Shown here: positions 1-8,773 of the stretch, one piece after another | How positions within the stretch are numbered: position 1 is the stretch's first letter | Layout of the letters: each line of letters starts with the position of its first letter | Assembly (NCBI RefSeq): GCF_002075285.3 | Contig: NZ_CP021983.2 | Location: 1,080,001 to 1,112,000 of the forward strand | DNA length: 32,000 bases | Direction: 5' to 3' | Origin: Halomicronema hongdechloris C2206 | GTDB taxonomy: Bacteria > Cyanobacteriota > Cyanobacteriia > Phormidesmidales > Phormidesmidaceae | The notes under the pieces: model-generated | Database searches by the model: none | What the model saw: only the letters and a program-made list of their open reading frames with translations | What the model was told of the DNA's origin: nothing | Program-made: the position numbers and the translations under genes

Positions 1-1254
1 GGTTAGAGCTCCGGCTTGGGAGTGCTGACGAGCGATTTGAGGCCACTGACCTGCCTCAATTTCTCGCCCCGCCACATCATCATCCACCGTTAAGCAGTGA
101 CAGTATTGGGGGGTGATCCAATAAACACGACTATCGCCGACGTGGGCGATATACAACTCACTGACCGGTTGCCAACCGGAGGCCGTCTGTAGCCGCTGCG
201 GTAATAACAGGGCCAAGGCTAAGGTGGTGCCCATGCGTTGTCGCTCTAAGCGTCCTTGGCTATCGTTTTGCTGGTTCAGCAGATCATTCACCACGCGAAT
301 CGCCGCTTCCAGCTGCTGGCTAACGAGCTCAGGGGGTAGCGGTTCATTGGCGTCTTCTGCATGAGAGAACAGACCTCGCAGCTGTAACTGCAAGGACTGC
401 ACTGCCAATCGACTGGCAATTTCACCGCCCTCATGGCCACCGACGCCATCACAGACAATCCCCAGTCTAGGCATGGCTTCAGTATCGCTGCTATCCATCA
501 GTCCCTCGGGATAGCAAGCATCCTCATTGCGCGGCTGCTGACCAACACTGGTTCCCCCTGCTATCTGGAGATGTAGAGTAACGGTGCTGACCTGATGCAG
601 CACGATAGTATTCAGCTGCTGGCTGAGTTGGGTGATATCAGCCTCAGGCTCTACCATGGCCTGGCAGACTGTCTCCACAGATTCTGCCAGCTCTGCTTGC
701 AGATCGGGTAACCAGCTGCGCCACAGGGCGGCCAACTGGGCTAGGCTCGGTGAGGTAGCATTCCTGTCAAGTTCTCGCAATCGCAGTCGCCATCCCTCTA
801 TCCGTAGGTTATCTGGGTGTAAGAGGCTTTCACTCACCCCTAAGGTCTGCAGGGGGGTCCACAGGGTTAACATCTGCCACAACCAGTGAGCTTGGCGTAG
901 GGCCGTTGCTTGACTTAACGCGTCGCCGATGGCTGGATATAGTTTGCCGGAGCGAGGATGGATGGGGGCATTGCTTAGCAGTAACACTGGAGCCGCATCA
1001 GATTGCTCTATCCAGCCATAGACTTGCGGCAGATGCAGCGAGTGAGGATAGGCTCGTAAATAGGGCTGAACTAATTCGGGTACCGGGATGTCAGCGACTG
1101 CTAGCTGCTGAGGTTTGGTGTCACGCCAAATGTGAGGGGCCATGACCTCATAGCGATCAGCAATCCGGTTGCCCACCGGAATCGCCTCGACCCCTTTGCC
1201 AACTGCCCAAAGATAGGGCATAGCACGAGATCGGGATGACTCGAAACGGTTCAT
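1..1254 (-). CDS. PP2C-family Ser/Thr protein phosphatase with a long N-terminal non-catalytic region (C-terminus runs off the window start)
   Basis: Absent from the ORF track because it is open to position 1. Hand translation of the minus strand from ATG at 1254 is stop-free for 418 codons (MNRFESSRSRAMPYLWAVGKG...). PP2C signatures are present: GIVCDGVGGHEGGEIAS, RMGTTLALALL, IAHVGDSRVYW. An alternative start is ATG at 1221 (MPYLW). Confidence 0.8.
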   Translation of the reverse strand, partial: MNRFESSRSRAMPYLWAVGKGVEAIPVGNRIADRYEVMAPHIWRDTKPQQLAVADIPVPELVQPYLRAYPHSLHLPQVYGWIEQSDAAPVLLLSNAPIHPRSGKLYPAIGDALSQATALRQAHWLWQMLTLWTPLQTLGVSESLLHPDNLRIEGWRLRLRELDRNATSPSLAQLAALWRSWLPDLQAELAESVETVCQAMVEPEADITQLSQQLNTIVLHQVSTVTLHLQIAGGTSVGQQPRNEDACYPEGLMDSSDTEAMPRLGIVCDGVGGHEGGEIASRLAVQSLQLQLRGLFSHAEDANEPLPPELVSQQLEAAIRVVNDLLNQQNDSQGRLERQRMGTTLALALLLPQRLQTASGWQPVSELYIAHVGDSRVYWITPQYCHCLTVDDDVAGREIEAGQWPQIARQHSQAGALT

Positions 1255-1396
1255 AGACACAGTGCAGTTTAAGACAAGCTAATCACGAGGGTCGAGACCT
1301 TATCCTGAAGACTAGACTAATCCTAGTGGATCTTTCTAATTTTCTAAGCATGCCTCCCCATGCCGTGCCACCAGCCAACTTAAATCCATACCTGCC

Positions 1397-1822
1397 ATGA
1401 GTCTGCCTCTATTTTGGTTGATTGTGGGATTAGTGCTCTGCTTGATGGAGTTATTTCTACCGACGGCATTCGTGGAGTCTACGTTGGGCATCAGTGCATT
1501 CGTGGTCGCTCTGGTGGCTCTGTGGGTAACCTCCTTTAGTTTGCAGGTACTGCTGTGGATGGTGCTATCGCTGGTATGCATTGCCCTGCTGCGTCGGTTT
1601 GTGCCTAGGCGCACCCCTTATACATTGGCCCAACCCACTGAGGCGCGAACCTTGACCCTGATTCCGCCGGGGAAGACTGGACGGGTGCTCTATGACGGTA
1701 ACTCCTGGCCAGCTCGCTGCGAAGACAACCAATGTGCGATCGCAGTAGATGAACTGGTCTTTGTGGTTGGCCGCCAGGGCAATACCCTATTGGTCCTTCC
1801 GGATACTGCTTTGCGAGATTGA
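1397..1822 (+). CDS. NfeD-family membrane protein
   Basis: 141 aa. Hydrophobic N-terminal helices (LFWLIVGLVLCLMELFL; AFVVALVALWVTSFSLQVLLWMVLSLVCIALL) are followed by a soluble tail (GRVLYDGNSWPARC...VVGRQGNTLLV). It lies 45 nt upstream of an SPFH gene, the classic NfeD-stomatin pairing. Confidence 0.8.
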   Translation: MSLPLFWLIVGLVLCLMELFLPTAFVESTLGISAFVVALVALWVTSFSLQVLLWMVLSLVCIALLRRFVPRRTPYTLAQPTEARTLTLIPPGKTGRVLYDGNSWPARCEDNQCAIAVDELVFVVGRQGNTLLVLPDTALRD

Positions 1823-1867
1823 GATATTAAGCCAAGACTGCTGATGGCATTTTAAGGAGATAAAACA

Positions 1868-2848
1868 ATGGATTTTGTTGCTTTTTTGATTGCCCTTGTC
1901 TTTGGTGGTTCTGTTGCTGCTAGCTCGGTGAAAATCATTAATCAAAGTGATGAGGCTCTCGTAGAAAGCCTGGGTCGCTATAACGGCAAGAAACTCACAC
2001 CAGGACTCAATTTCATCGTTCCCTTTGTCGACAAAGTAGTGTTTAGACAAACTATCCGGGAACGAGTCCTAGATATTCCGCCCCAGCAATGCATCACCCG
2101 AGACAACGTCTCTATCACCGTCGATGCGGTGGTTTACTGGCGTATTGTCGACATGGAAAAAGCTTACTACAAGGTAGAGAACCTACAGGCTGCTATGGTC
2201 AACTTAGTCCTCACCCAGATTCGCTCTGAAATGGGACAATTGGAACTCGACGAGACCTTCACGGCTCGTTCTGAAATCAACGAAAAACTGCTGCAAGAAC
2301 TCGATATCTCTACTGACCCTTGGGGTGTGAAAGTGACTCGGGTCGAGTTACGAGATATTGTTCCTTCTAAAGCCGTTCAAGATTCTATGGAACTACAAAT
2401 GGCAGCAGAACGGCGCAAGCGAGCTGCTATCTTAACCTCAGAAGGGGAGCGAGAGTCCGCTGTGAATACTGCCCGCGGCCGGGCCGAATCTGAAGTATTA
2501 GAAGCCCAAGCGCGCCAGAAAGCAGCTATTTTAGATGCTGAGGCTCAGCAAAAAGCCATCGTACTTAAGGCCCAAGCCCAGCGGCAAGAACAAGTCTTAC
2601 AGGCCCAAGCCACCTCTGAAGCAATGCAGATTATTGCAAAAGCCCTTCAAGACAGCCCAAACACTCGCGAGGCACTGCAGTTTCTGTTAGCGTATCAATA
2701 CTTGAACATGGGTTTACAGATTGGTAGCAGTGATAGCAGCAAGGTCATGTTTATGGATCCTCGCAGTATTCCCGCCACCTTAGAAGGGATGCGCTCAATA
2801 GTAGGTGATTTAGATAGGTTGTCTTATGATTCTGAGCAGCTAAGTTAA
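1868..2848 (+). CDS. SPFH/band 7 (stomatin/HflC-like) membrane protein
   Basis: 326 aa with an N-terminal TM helix, an SPFH core ([33 protein letters not shown]) and an Ala/Gln/Glu-rich coiled-coil tail. AGGAG at 1855-1859 sits 8 nt before the ATG. Confidence 0.9.
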   Translation: MDFVAFLIALVFGGSVAASSVKIINQSDEALVESLGRYNGKKLTPGLNFIVPFVDKVVFRQTIRERVLDIPPQQCITRDNVSITVDAVVYWRIVDMEKAYYKVENLQAAMVNLVLTQIRSEMGQLELDETFTARSEINEKLLQELDISTDPWGVKVTRVELRDIVPSKAVQDSMELQMAAERRKRAAILTSEGERESAVNTARGRAESEVLEAQARQKAAILDAEAQQKAIVLKAQAQRQEQVLQAQATSEAMQIIAKALQDSPNTREALQFLLAYQYLNMGLQIGSSDSSKVMFMDPRSIPATLEGMRSIVGDLDRLSYDSEQLS

Positions 2849-2916
2849 GTCTTTCCAAGTGAAAAACTCAAACTCCTAGATAGGGCATGCGAGCGAAGAT
2901 ATTTCTCTACAGTTGA

Positions 2917-3042
2917 TCAGTTAAAGACTATAAAGGGTGTCGTCGAAACACCTATAGATTGAGTGTTGAAATTGAAGTCAACCTTGCTGTAATCTTCCAA
3001 AAGATCTTGGACGAGTTGACGGTAGTTGTCTACGTTTGCCAT
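2917..3042 (-). pseudogene. XisI-like N-terminal fragment (truncated)
   Basis: Hand-translated 41-codon ORF, MANVDNYRQLVQDLLEDYSKVDFNF... The N-terminus follows the XisI pattern (M..L..YRQ.I...L..Y), but full-length XisI is about 110 aa. It overlaps the XisH-like fragment in the usual xisH-xisI arrangement. Confidence 0.5.
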
Positions 3043-3149
3043 TTCACAATCACCTCCTCTTCTGGATCATAAATAGTGAGGTGCACCCGGTAGCACTGAA
3101 TCAGCAAAGGTGAATTCGCCGGAGGATGTGGAGCGATTGGTCCATACAT
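3030..3149 (-). pseudogene. XisH-like C-terminal fragment
   Basis: The hand-translated ORF ends ...LLIQCYRVHLTIYDPEEEVIVKWQT*, matching my recollection of the XisH C-terminus (...KLIVYD..E.VIVKWQN). The upstream portion has no XisH similarity, so only the last ~25 codons appear to be retained. Confidence 0.5.
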
Positions 3150-3208
3150 CACTTCAGATTTGCCCCTGCCTACAATAAGTACACTGGTGCATAGAACCGC
3201 GAACTGCC

Positions 3209-3460
3209 ATGGTCAACGTATCGCCAGCTCCCCGCAACTTAGTCACCGATACCTGGGTCACTGCAACCTGGGAAGAGTTCTTGGCGATCGCAAACCAGCC
3301 CCAGTTCGAAAACGCCCGGTGTTACTACGATGCCGGTTGGATCAGGATTGAAACCATGCCCATTGGGTCAGGCCATGGTCAGGATAATTCTATTCTGGCG
3401 GCGGTGGTGAGCTTGCACACGAGGCGACGCTCGCGGCGCCAGGACTCAACGGTGCGATAG
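3209..3460 (+). pseudogene. Uma2-family (DUF820) endonuclease, N-terminal fragment truncated by an IS remnant
   Basis: WEEFLAIANQPQFENARCYYDAGWIRIETMPIGSGHGQDNSILAAVVS fits the Uma2 N-terminal pattern (W.eF....Y..G.I.IE.MP.G..H). Similarity stops near 3400-3420, where minus-strand transposase-like sequence begins, and the catalytic PD-(D/E)xK half is missing. Confidence 0.6.
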
Positions 3461-3944
3461 CTCAGGGACTGATACCACACCTGAGGGGGAACCAAGCGGT
3501 CCAGGTCGGCGACCAACTCGGTGCTGCTCTGGCCCAGTAAGGGTTCCAGGGACGTAGCGACGGCTTGGCGCTGAGCCTGGTAAGCATCTTTAGCGCGTTG
3601 TTCGAGGGACCAGGTCATCTCTTGCAAGCGGGCATTGCTGCTGTGGGCGGTGACAAACTCTACCCGGCTTTGGTTCTTCGCACCAACTCATGATGTTGTC
3701 TCAGCTGTAGGCACTATCGCCTCTGACGACAATCGTCACCTGGGGCCAAGCTCATCTTCACGTAGCGCGAATCGAATAGGTCGCCGGGCACATGCATCGC
3801 TTGCTCTAGACGATTGAGGGTGCTCTTGCCCGCTAACGGCGCGCAACGGGGATGGTCACTCTCGAGCTGACCCAGGACGACCCCAAACAGTTGCTCATGG
3901 CGCAAGTCGTCATGGTCATTGACATCGTAGATGTTTGGCCGCAA
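3379..3944 (-). mobile_element. IS1380-family transposase remnant (5'-truncated, internally deleted, frameshifted)
   Basis: Two minus-strand pieces carry the evidence. 3714-3944 has IYDVNDHDDLRHEQLF...PLAGKSTLNRLE, which are IS1380 N-terminal motifs (GYED.NDHD.LR.DP, ALAGK.TLNRLE). 3379-3627 has YQSLSYRTVESWRRERRLV, the F.Y.T..SWSRERRVV motif. The ~200-aa DDE core expected between them is absent, and I saw no terminal inverted repeats. Confidence 0.65.
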
Positions 3945-4926
3945 GGGTCGCGTCCATTTGTTCCCAACTGCCGCTGTGCTGCAGCATGGGAGAATATTCG
4001 CCGAATTGAAACTGCAGGGGCAGACTCGCGGCGACGCGTTGCCAGGCTTCCACGTGAATGCGGATGAACCGTTCTGCCCCTAAGAAGGCCGTCACCTCCT
4101 CCCCCTCCCAGATGATGTCGGCCTGTCCGGTCAGGTAGAGTAAGTCCCGGGTGTCAAAGTCGATGAATAATAACCCGACGCTGGGATTGAGTAGGATGTT
4201 GCCCACGGTGTTGAAGTGAAAGTTGCCGGTGAAGTCGGGGAATATTAAGGTCTGGTCGTCTTCCACCCGCACAAACCCCGGGTTACCGCCCCGGTGGGAA
4301 GCATCGGCCCCGAAGGCGGGGCTGTCTTGGCTAGGGGTGTAAGCGGTGGCGATAAACAGGGTATCGGAGCGGGAAATCAGGGCTTTGGCGGCATCATCGA
4401 GGCGTTCACCCTGGACAATGTGCTTGGCTTGCCCCGGATCGGCAACCTCTGGTAAGACCTCCATGGTCCGGGTTTGGATGTATTGGGGGCAGTTGCCAAA
4501 GGTCTGTGCGATCGCAACCGTTATCCCCGCGTCATCCACGGCGCTGATTCGCCCGGTGGAACGGTTGCGACGCCGATTCTCCGGCAGAATCCCCAGGATG
4601 CCAATATCGGCCCCCGCGGTCAGGTGGTCCGCCAGCGGCGAGCCAAACAGCGGTTGCGTCGCCATCCTCAAGTGATAGGGGTCGGGAGCGGTGATGAATC
4701 CCGGTGGCCCGGTGAGGATAGAGGCCCAAGGGTGTCCTTGGTGATCGAGAGTGCCCACAATCAAAAAAGGCAGTAGGTGATAAAACTCTCGATGCTGGTC
4801 GGCTAAGTAGTCTCGTACCACCCGCCGTCCCAGCTTCTCGAGCTTGTCGCGCACGCCCATGCGGGTTTGCACCGCTTGCTCTCCGGCATGAAAAGGAGAG
4901 TGCGGTTGAGTCCAACCTGTAGTCAT
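3916..4926 (-). CDS. Pyridoxamine 5'-phosphate oxidase-like (FMN-binding split-barrel) family protein
   Basis: 336 aa. HSPFHAGEQAVQTRMGV...REFYHLLPFLIVGTLDHQGHPWASIL and DTLFIATAY...GADASHRGGNPGFVRV are typical of two tandem PNPOx-like barrels. The last ~9 codons overlap IS1380-derived sequence, so the native 3' end may be lost. Confidence 0.7.
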   Translation of the reverse strand: MTTGWTQPHSPFHAGEQAVQTRMGVRDKLEKLGRRVVRDYLADQHREFYHLLPFLIVGTLDHQGHPWASILTGPPGFITAPDPYHLRMATQPLFGSPLADHLTAGADIGILGILPENRRRNRSTGRISAVDDAGITVAIAQTFGNCPQYIQTRTMEVLPEVADPGQAKHIVQGERLDDAAKALISRSDTLFIATAYTPSQDSPAFGADASHRGGNPGFVRVEDDQTLIFPDFTGNFHFNTVGNILLNPSVGLLFIDFDTRDLLYLTGQADIIWEGEEVTAFLGAERFIRIHVEAWQRVAASLPLQFQFGEYSPMLQHSGSWEQMDATLAAKHLRCQ

Positions 4927-4965
4927 AGCGATTCTGGAGGTCGTCAGGATAAATCTGGCAGTGTC

Positions 4966-5565
4966 CTAAAGCCCGGCCATGGAAATGAAGCCAGGCAGAT
5001 GTTTGACCCGATCGATCCAGGTCAGCACCTGAGAGTAGGGAGCAAGATCGACCTGGCCGTCGGGGGCCAAGGCCACATAGGGAAAGACGGCAATATCGGC
5101 GATGGTGTGACGCTGGAATTCCAGCCAGGTACGGCCAAGTAGGTGCTTATCCAACTGAGTCAGAATCTGGTCCGCCTTTTGCTGAGCCCGATCGATATTG
5201 ATAGAGGTGGCCCCAAACAGATGATACAGTCGGGCATTTTCGGGACCCTGGCGGACTTCTCCAGCCGTGATAGACAGCCAGCGCACCACCTGCGCCAGGG
5301 CGACGGCATCCATAGGCAGCCATTGTTCACCGCCATATTGACGGGCCAGATACACCAGGATGGCCTGGGCATCAGCTAGTTTCATATCGCCATCAATCAG
5401 TAAGGGAACCTGGCCGAAGGGATTGAGGGCCAGATATTCAGGAGACTTGTGCTCCCCTTGCATGAGGTCGACGGCAGCCCAGTCGTAATCGAGCTGGAGC
5501 AGTTCTAATAACAGCCGAACCTTATAGCTGTTCCCGGACATTTCGTGGCCGTAAAGCGTGATCAT
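4966..5565 (-). CDS. Glutathione S-transferase
   Basis: 199 aa. It has a thioredoxin-like N-domain (ITLYGHEMSGNSYKVRLLLELLQLDYDW, NPFGQVPLLIDGDMKLADAQAILVYLARQYG) and a helical C-domain. Confidence 0.85.
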   Translation of the reverse strand: MITLYGHEMSGNSYKVRLLLELLQLDYDWAAVDLMQGEHKSPEYLALNPFGQVPLLIDGDMKLADAQAILVYLARQYGGEQWLPMDAVALAQVVRWLSITAGEVRQGPENARLYHLFGATSINIDRAQQKADQILTQLDKHLLGRTWLEFQRHTIADIAVFPYVALAPDGQVDLAPYSQVLTWIDRVKHLPGFISMAGL

Positions 5566-5636
5566 GGGTTTTCTTCCAATAAGTTGAGTGAGCTGGGTTT
5601 CGATGACTTAGTAGGCATAGTTAGAGCTAAGAACTG

Positions 5637-5679
5637 AACCGAGCGTTCGGTATATTCAGACTGTACCGAACGTTTGGTA
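5637..5679. promoter_or_regulatory. Two related imperfect 14-16 bp palindromes (consensus TACCGAACGTTCGGTA); putative TetR operators in a divergent promoter
   Basis: ACCGAGCGTTCGGT lies within 5638-5651 and TACCGAACGTTTGGTA at 5664-5679. Each differs from a perfect palindrome at 2 positions. They sit between the divergent GST (start 5565) and the TetR gene (start 5713). Confidence 0.55.
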
Positions 5680-5712
5680 TGCTGTCAATAGATGACTTGA
5701 AATTTGCGTGTA

Positions 5713-6261
5713 ATGCCCAAGGAGACTTACATTCCCAGCTTGTTTGGCCTATTTCGGCAATATGGGTATGACGGCGCCACCCTCGCGAAGATTTCGGCAG
5801 CGACGGGATTAGGCAAAGCCAGCCTTTATCACCACTTTCCCGACGGCAAAGAGGAGATGGTTGAGGCGGTGTTGTCCTACTCTGATGACTGGCTGCAAGA
5901 GAATGTCTTGACCCCGTTAGCCAATGAGGGGACGGCCCAGGAGCGGTTACAGAAGATGTGCGATCGCATCGACGATCTCTATGCCGGCGGTACCCAACCC
6001 TGCTTGCTGGCCATTCTGCAGGCAGGCACCGGTCGCGATGTCTTCCATGGCCAAGTGAACGCCTTGCTAAAGCGCTGGATCGGAGCCATTGCTAGGGTGC
6101 TGGCCCAGGCAGGCATGGATGACAGGTTGGCCCACCAGCGGGGAGAAGATGCCATCATCGCCATCCAGGGCGCCCTGATGCTATCCCAAGGGTTAAAGGA
6201 TCCGTCCCCGTTTCAGCGAGTGATTCAGGCTTTGCCCGAAGAATTGTGTCGCCAACCTTAA
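5713..6261 (+). CDS. TetR/AcrR-family transcriptional regulator
   Basis: HTH region GYDGATLAKISAATGLGKASLYHHFPDGKEEM followed by a helical ligand domain. I prefer ATG 5713 over the TTG at 5704 given in the track. Confidence 0.85.
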   Translation: MPKETYIPSLFGLFRQYGYDGATLAKISAATGLGKASLYHHFPDGKEEMVEAVLSYSDDWLQENVLTPLANEGTAQERLQKMCDRIDDLYAGGTQPCLLAILQAGTGRDVFHGQVNALLKRWIGAIARVLAQAGMDDRLAHQRGEDAIIAIQGALMLSQGLKDPSPFQRVIQALPEELCRQP

Positions 6262-6351
6262 GTCGTGACCACTGATATCAGACGGATTGCCTATAGTGAA
6301 CGGTAACTGCCGGCGAATATCGCTGCCAGGTGTTGCAACCAACTTCAGGCG

Positions 6352-7104
6352 ATGGACCCTTTCTATGGCGAGATTATCGGCACGGCCCTGTTGATTTTGC
6401 TGGGGAACGGAGTGGTAGCCAATGTGGTGCTGGAGGGCACCAAAGCAGAGGCTTCTGACTGGAATACGATTACCCTGGGTTGGGGCATGGCTGTGTTTGT
6501 CTCGGTCTTTTCCGTGGCGGCCATTAGTGGTGCCCATTTGAACCCTGCCGTCAGTTTAGGCCTGGCCGTGGCCGGTAAGTTTAGCTGGTCGATATTACCG
6601 GTCTACGTGCTGGGGCAGTTCATCGGAGCCGCCATCGGGGCCATGCTGGTGTGGCTGTTTTATCGTCCCCATCTGGCCAAAACCCGCGATTGCGATCGCA
6701 AACTAGCTGTTTTCTGCACCACCCCGGCCATTCGTGATCGAGTGTCCAACTTCCTCTGCGAATCCATGGGCACCTCGGTGCTGGTGTTTTCGGTATTGCA
6801 ATTGGCCAAACCCACCTTCGGCCTAGGAGCTCTGGACGCCCTGCCGGTGGGATTATTGGTACTGGCCATCGGCCTCTCCTTGGGGGGCACCACCGGCTAT
6901 GCCATCAACCCAGCTCGCGATCTAGCCCCCAGGATCATGCATGCCCTCTTGCCCATCCCCGGCGGCAAACGGGACAGTGATTGGCCCTACGCCTGGGTTC
7001 CGGTGCTGGCTCCCCTGTTTGGAGCCCTACTGGCGGCCTGGCTCTATTTGGCCTTGGGGGGCGAAATTCGGGTGGATCTGCCCAGCGTCAGTGAGTTCTT
7101 CTAG
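6352..7104 (+). CDS. MIP-family channel, GlpF-like aquaglyceroporin
   Basis: 250 aa with six hydrophobic segments and two NPA boxes (HLNPAVSLG and INPARDLAPR). The NPARD form of the second box is the aquaglyceroporin signature. Confidence 0.85.
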   Translation: MDPFYGEIIGTALLILLGNGVVANVVLEGTKAEASDWNTITLGWGMAVFVSVFSVAAISGAHLNPAVSLGLAVAGKFSWSILPVYVLGQFIGAAIGAMLVWLFYRPHLAKTRDCDRKLAVFCTTPAIRDRVSNFLCESMGTSVLVFSVLQLAKPTFGLGALDALPVGLLVLAIGLSLGGTTGYAINPARDLAPRIMHALLPIPGGKRDSDWPYAWVPVLAPLFGALLAAWLYLALGGEIRVDLPSVSEFF

Positions 7105-7160
7105 GGGCATAAAGTCAGGCATCTTCCCCAGAGAGGTCGCCAGTACTCTACCTTGGCAGA

Positions 7161-7856
7161 TTAGGCTGCCTGCTTTTGGGCCATCTCCAGAGCCTGCCTC
7201 GTCTCCTGGGGCGGCGCTACCGTGCCATAATCGCTCTTGAACGCTGGTTTCAGAATGTTCATGCCCACCTGCACTGCCGGGCGGGCTTTCATGGCGTCAA
7301 TCCAGCCAGATACCCAGGGAAAGTCGGCCAAGGAGATATCTAGATAAGGCGTCTTGACGGCAGCCACCCAGGGGAAGGTGGCGATGTCAGCGATGGAGTA
7401 ATCGCCGGCAATATAGGGCTGATCTGCCAGCTGCCGATCCAGCACCCCCAGCAGCCGTAGGGTTTCTTTCCGATAACGCTCGATGGCGTAGGGAATGGGG
7501 TCGGGGGCGGCGTTGCGGAAATGGCCCAACTGGCCAAACATGGGACCAACGCTGGCCATCTGGAACATCAGCCATTCCATCACCTGGGCCCGGGCGACTG
7601 CCTCTGTCGGTAATAATTTGCCGGTTTTCTCGGCCAGGTAAATCAGGATTGCCCCCGATTCAAACACGGCCAGCTGATGATCGCGATCGACAATGGCGGG
7701 AATTTTGCTGTTGGGGTTAATGGCCACAAATTCAGGGGAGAACTGCTCTCCTTGACCGATATTGATGGCGTGAACGGTGTAGGGTAGCTGCAATTCCTCT
7801 AGCAGAATGGACGGCTTGCGGCCATTGGGGGTGGTGTAGGTGAAGAGGTCAATCAT
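7161..7856 (-). CDS. Glutathione S-transferase, Nu-class (YfcG/YghU-like)
   Basis: 231 aa. TPNGRKPSILLEELQLPY...FVAINPNSKIPAIVD...VFESGAILIYLAEKTGK resembles the YfcG/YghU N-domain. Confidence 0.8.
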   Translation of the reverse strand: MIDLFTYTTPNGRKPSILLEELQLPYTVHAINIGQGEQFSPEFVAINPNSKIPAIVDRDHQLAVFESGAILIYLAEKTGKLLPTEAVARAQVMEWLMFQMASVGPMFGQLGHFRNAAPDPIPYAIERYRKETLRLLGVLDRQLADQPYIAGDYSIADIATFPWVAAVKTPYLDISLADFPWVSGWIDAMKARPAVQVGMNILKPAFKSDYGTVAPPQETRQALEMAQKQAA

Positions 7857-7890
7857 GGTGGGGATGGGAAAGGGCTACACTCTAATTATG

Positions 7891-7906
7891 TAGACAGGTC
7901 TGTCTA
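7891..7906. promoter_or_regulatory. Palindrome TAGACAG-GT-CTGTCTA upstream of the Nu-class GST
   Basis: Perfect 7-bp inverted arms with a 2-nt spacer, 35-50 bp upstream of the GST start at 7856. Confidence 0.4.
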
Positions 7907-8030
7907 TTGTCAATTGGCTAGGAATTAGTCACGGGATCAGCTGAACTCAGGTCTTAGCGAGCAAGCCATCTATAGCTGCTGAGAGGCAGAGGAGTTGAGA
8001 AGCTATGGGTAGCAGGATTTATCTAACCCC

Positions 8031-8378
8031 CTACAAAATCAGGGGTTCGATTTTTGCCTGCACCTCTTCAACTAAGCTATCTGGAACAATCTCAACGAAC
8101 TGAACGTTACGGGCTGTCCAATCTAGACACTTGATCTGATCAACAAGAATCACCCCTTGAATCTGTAGTTCAGGCGGTAAGAGAACTTCAAAGGGATACC
8201 CCTTTTGCTGCCTAGTAATAGGCATAAACAGTGCCAGGGTGCTTTTGGCGTTGTAACTGCGAGGCGACAGTACGAACGCAGGTCGGTGTCCTCGCTGTTC
8301 ATGACCTTTAGTTGGATTAAAGTCTAGGTAAAGGATGTGGCCCCTATCAGGAATGTAGCGCTCTGCCGGATTTACCAA
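8031..8378 (-). CDS. mazF: Type II toxin, MazF/PemK-family endoribonuclease
   Basis: 115 aa. PDRGHILYLDFNPTKGHEQRGHRPAFVLSP...LFMPITRQQKGYPFEV is the PemK/MazF pattern. It overlaps the upstream antitoxin gene by 7 nt. Confidence 0.85.
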   Translation of the reverse strand: MVNPAERYIPDRGHILYLDFNPTKGHEQRGHRPAFVLSPRSYNAKSTLALFMPITRQQKGYPFEVLLPPELQIQGVILVDQIKCLDWTARNVQFVEIVPDSLVEEVQAKIEPLIL

Positions 8379-8614
8379 GCCTCATTCCCCACAGCGACTC
8401 CAGTCTCCACTTCAGAATGCAAAGTCTCTGGTGTGATAGCCGCTATTAACTCCTCTAAAGAATAGCGCCTACGAGGTCTCGGTTTGATTACCAAATTACC
8501 GTCAATCACCGCTAGATCAACTTCAGCGCCTTCAGTTAGCTGAATCTCTTTGGCGATGTGTTGGGGAATCCGAAGGGCCAAACTATTGCCCCACTTGGTA
8601 ACTGTCGCAACCAT
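8372..8614 (-). CDS. mazE: Type II antitoxin, MazE / AbrB-SpoVT-fold
   Basis: 80 aa. VTKWGNSLALRIPQHIAKEIQLTEGAEVDLAVIDGNLVIKP is a swapped-hairpin AbrB-type domain. Confidence 0.85.
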   Translation of the reverse strand: MVATVTKWGNSLALRIPQHIAKEIQLTEGAEVDLAVIDGNLVIKPRPRRRYSLEELIAAITPETLHSEVETGVAVGNEAW

Positions 8615-8671
8615 AAGTTGTTCTTATGCCTAGACTGGTTAAACTACTGCAGTCAAACTCTTTGGCGGGAA

Positions 8672-8690
8672 GTAGATACAGTGTATCTAC
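8672..8690. promoter_or_regulatory. Perfect palindrome GTAGATAC-AGT-GTATCTAC; putative MazE/MazEF operator
   Basis: 8-bp inverted arms with a 3-nt spacer, about 60-75 bp upstream of the mazE start at 8614. Confidence 0.5.
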
Positions 8691-8773
8691 ATTTTAGCGA
8701 TTTGGGAGAACCTTTGGCAATAGCTGTAAGCAATAAGACTCAAAACTTGAATGTCAAATGTTTCCCCAAGAAT

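Noticed and set aside
632-1145. Two plus-strand ORFs (85 and 79 aa) from the track
   Set aside because: They lie antisense to a continuous, motif-bearing PP2C reading frame. They are Arg/Ser/Cys-rich with no recognisable features, typical of shadow ORFs.
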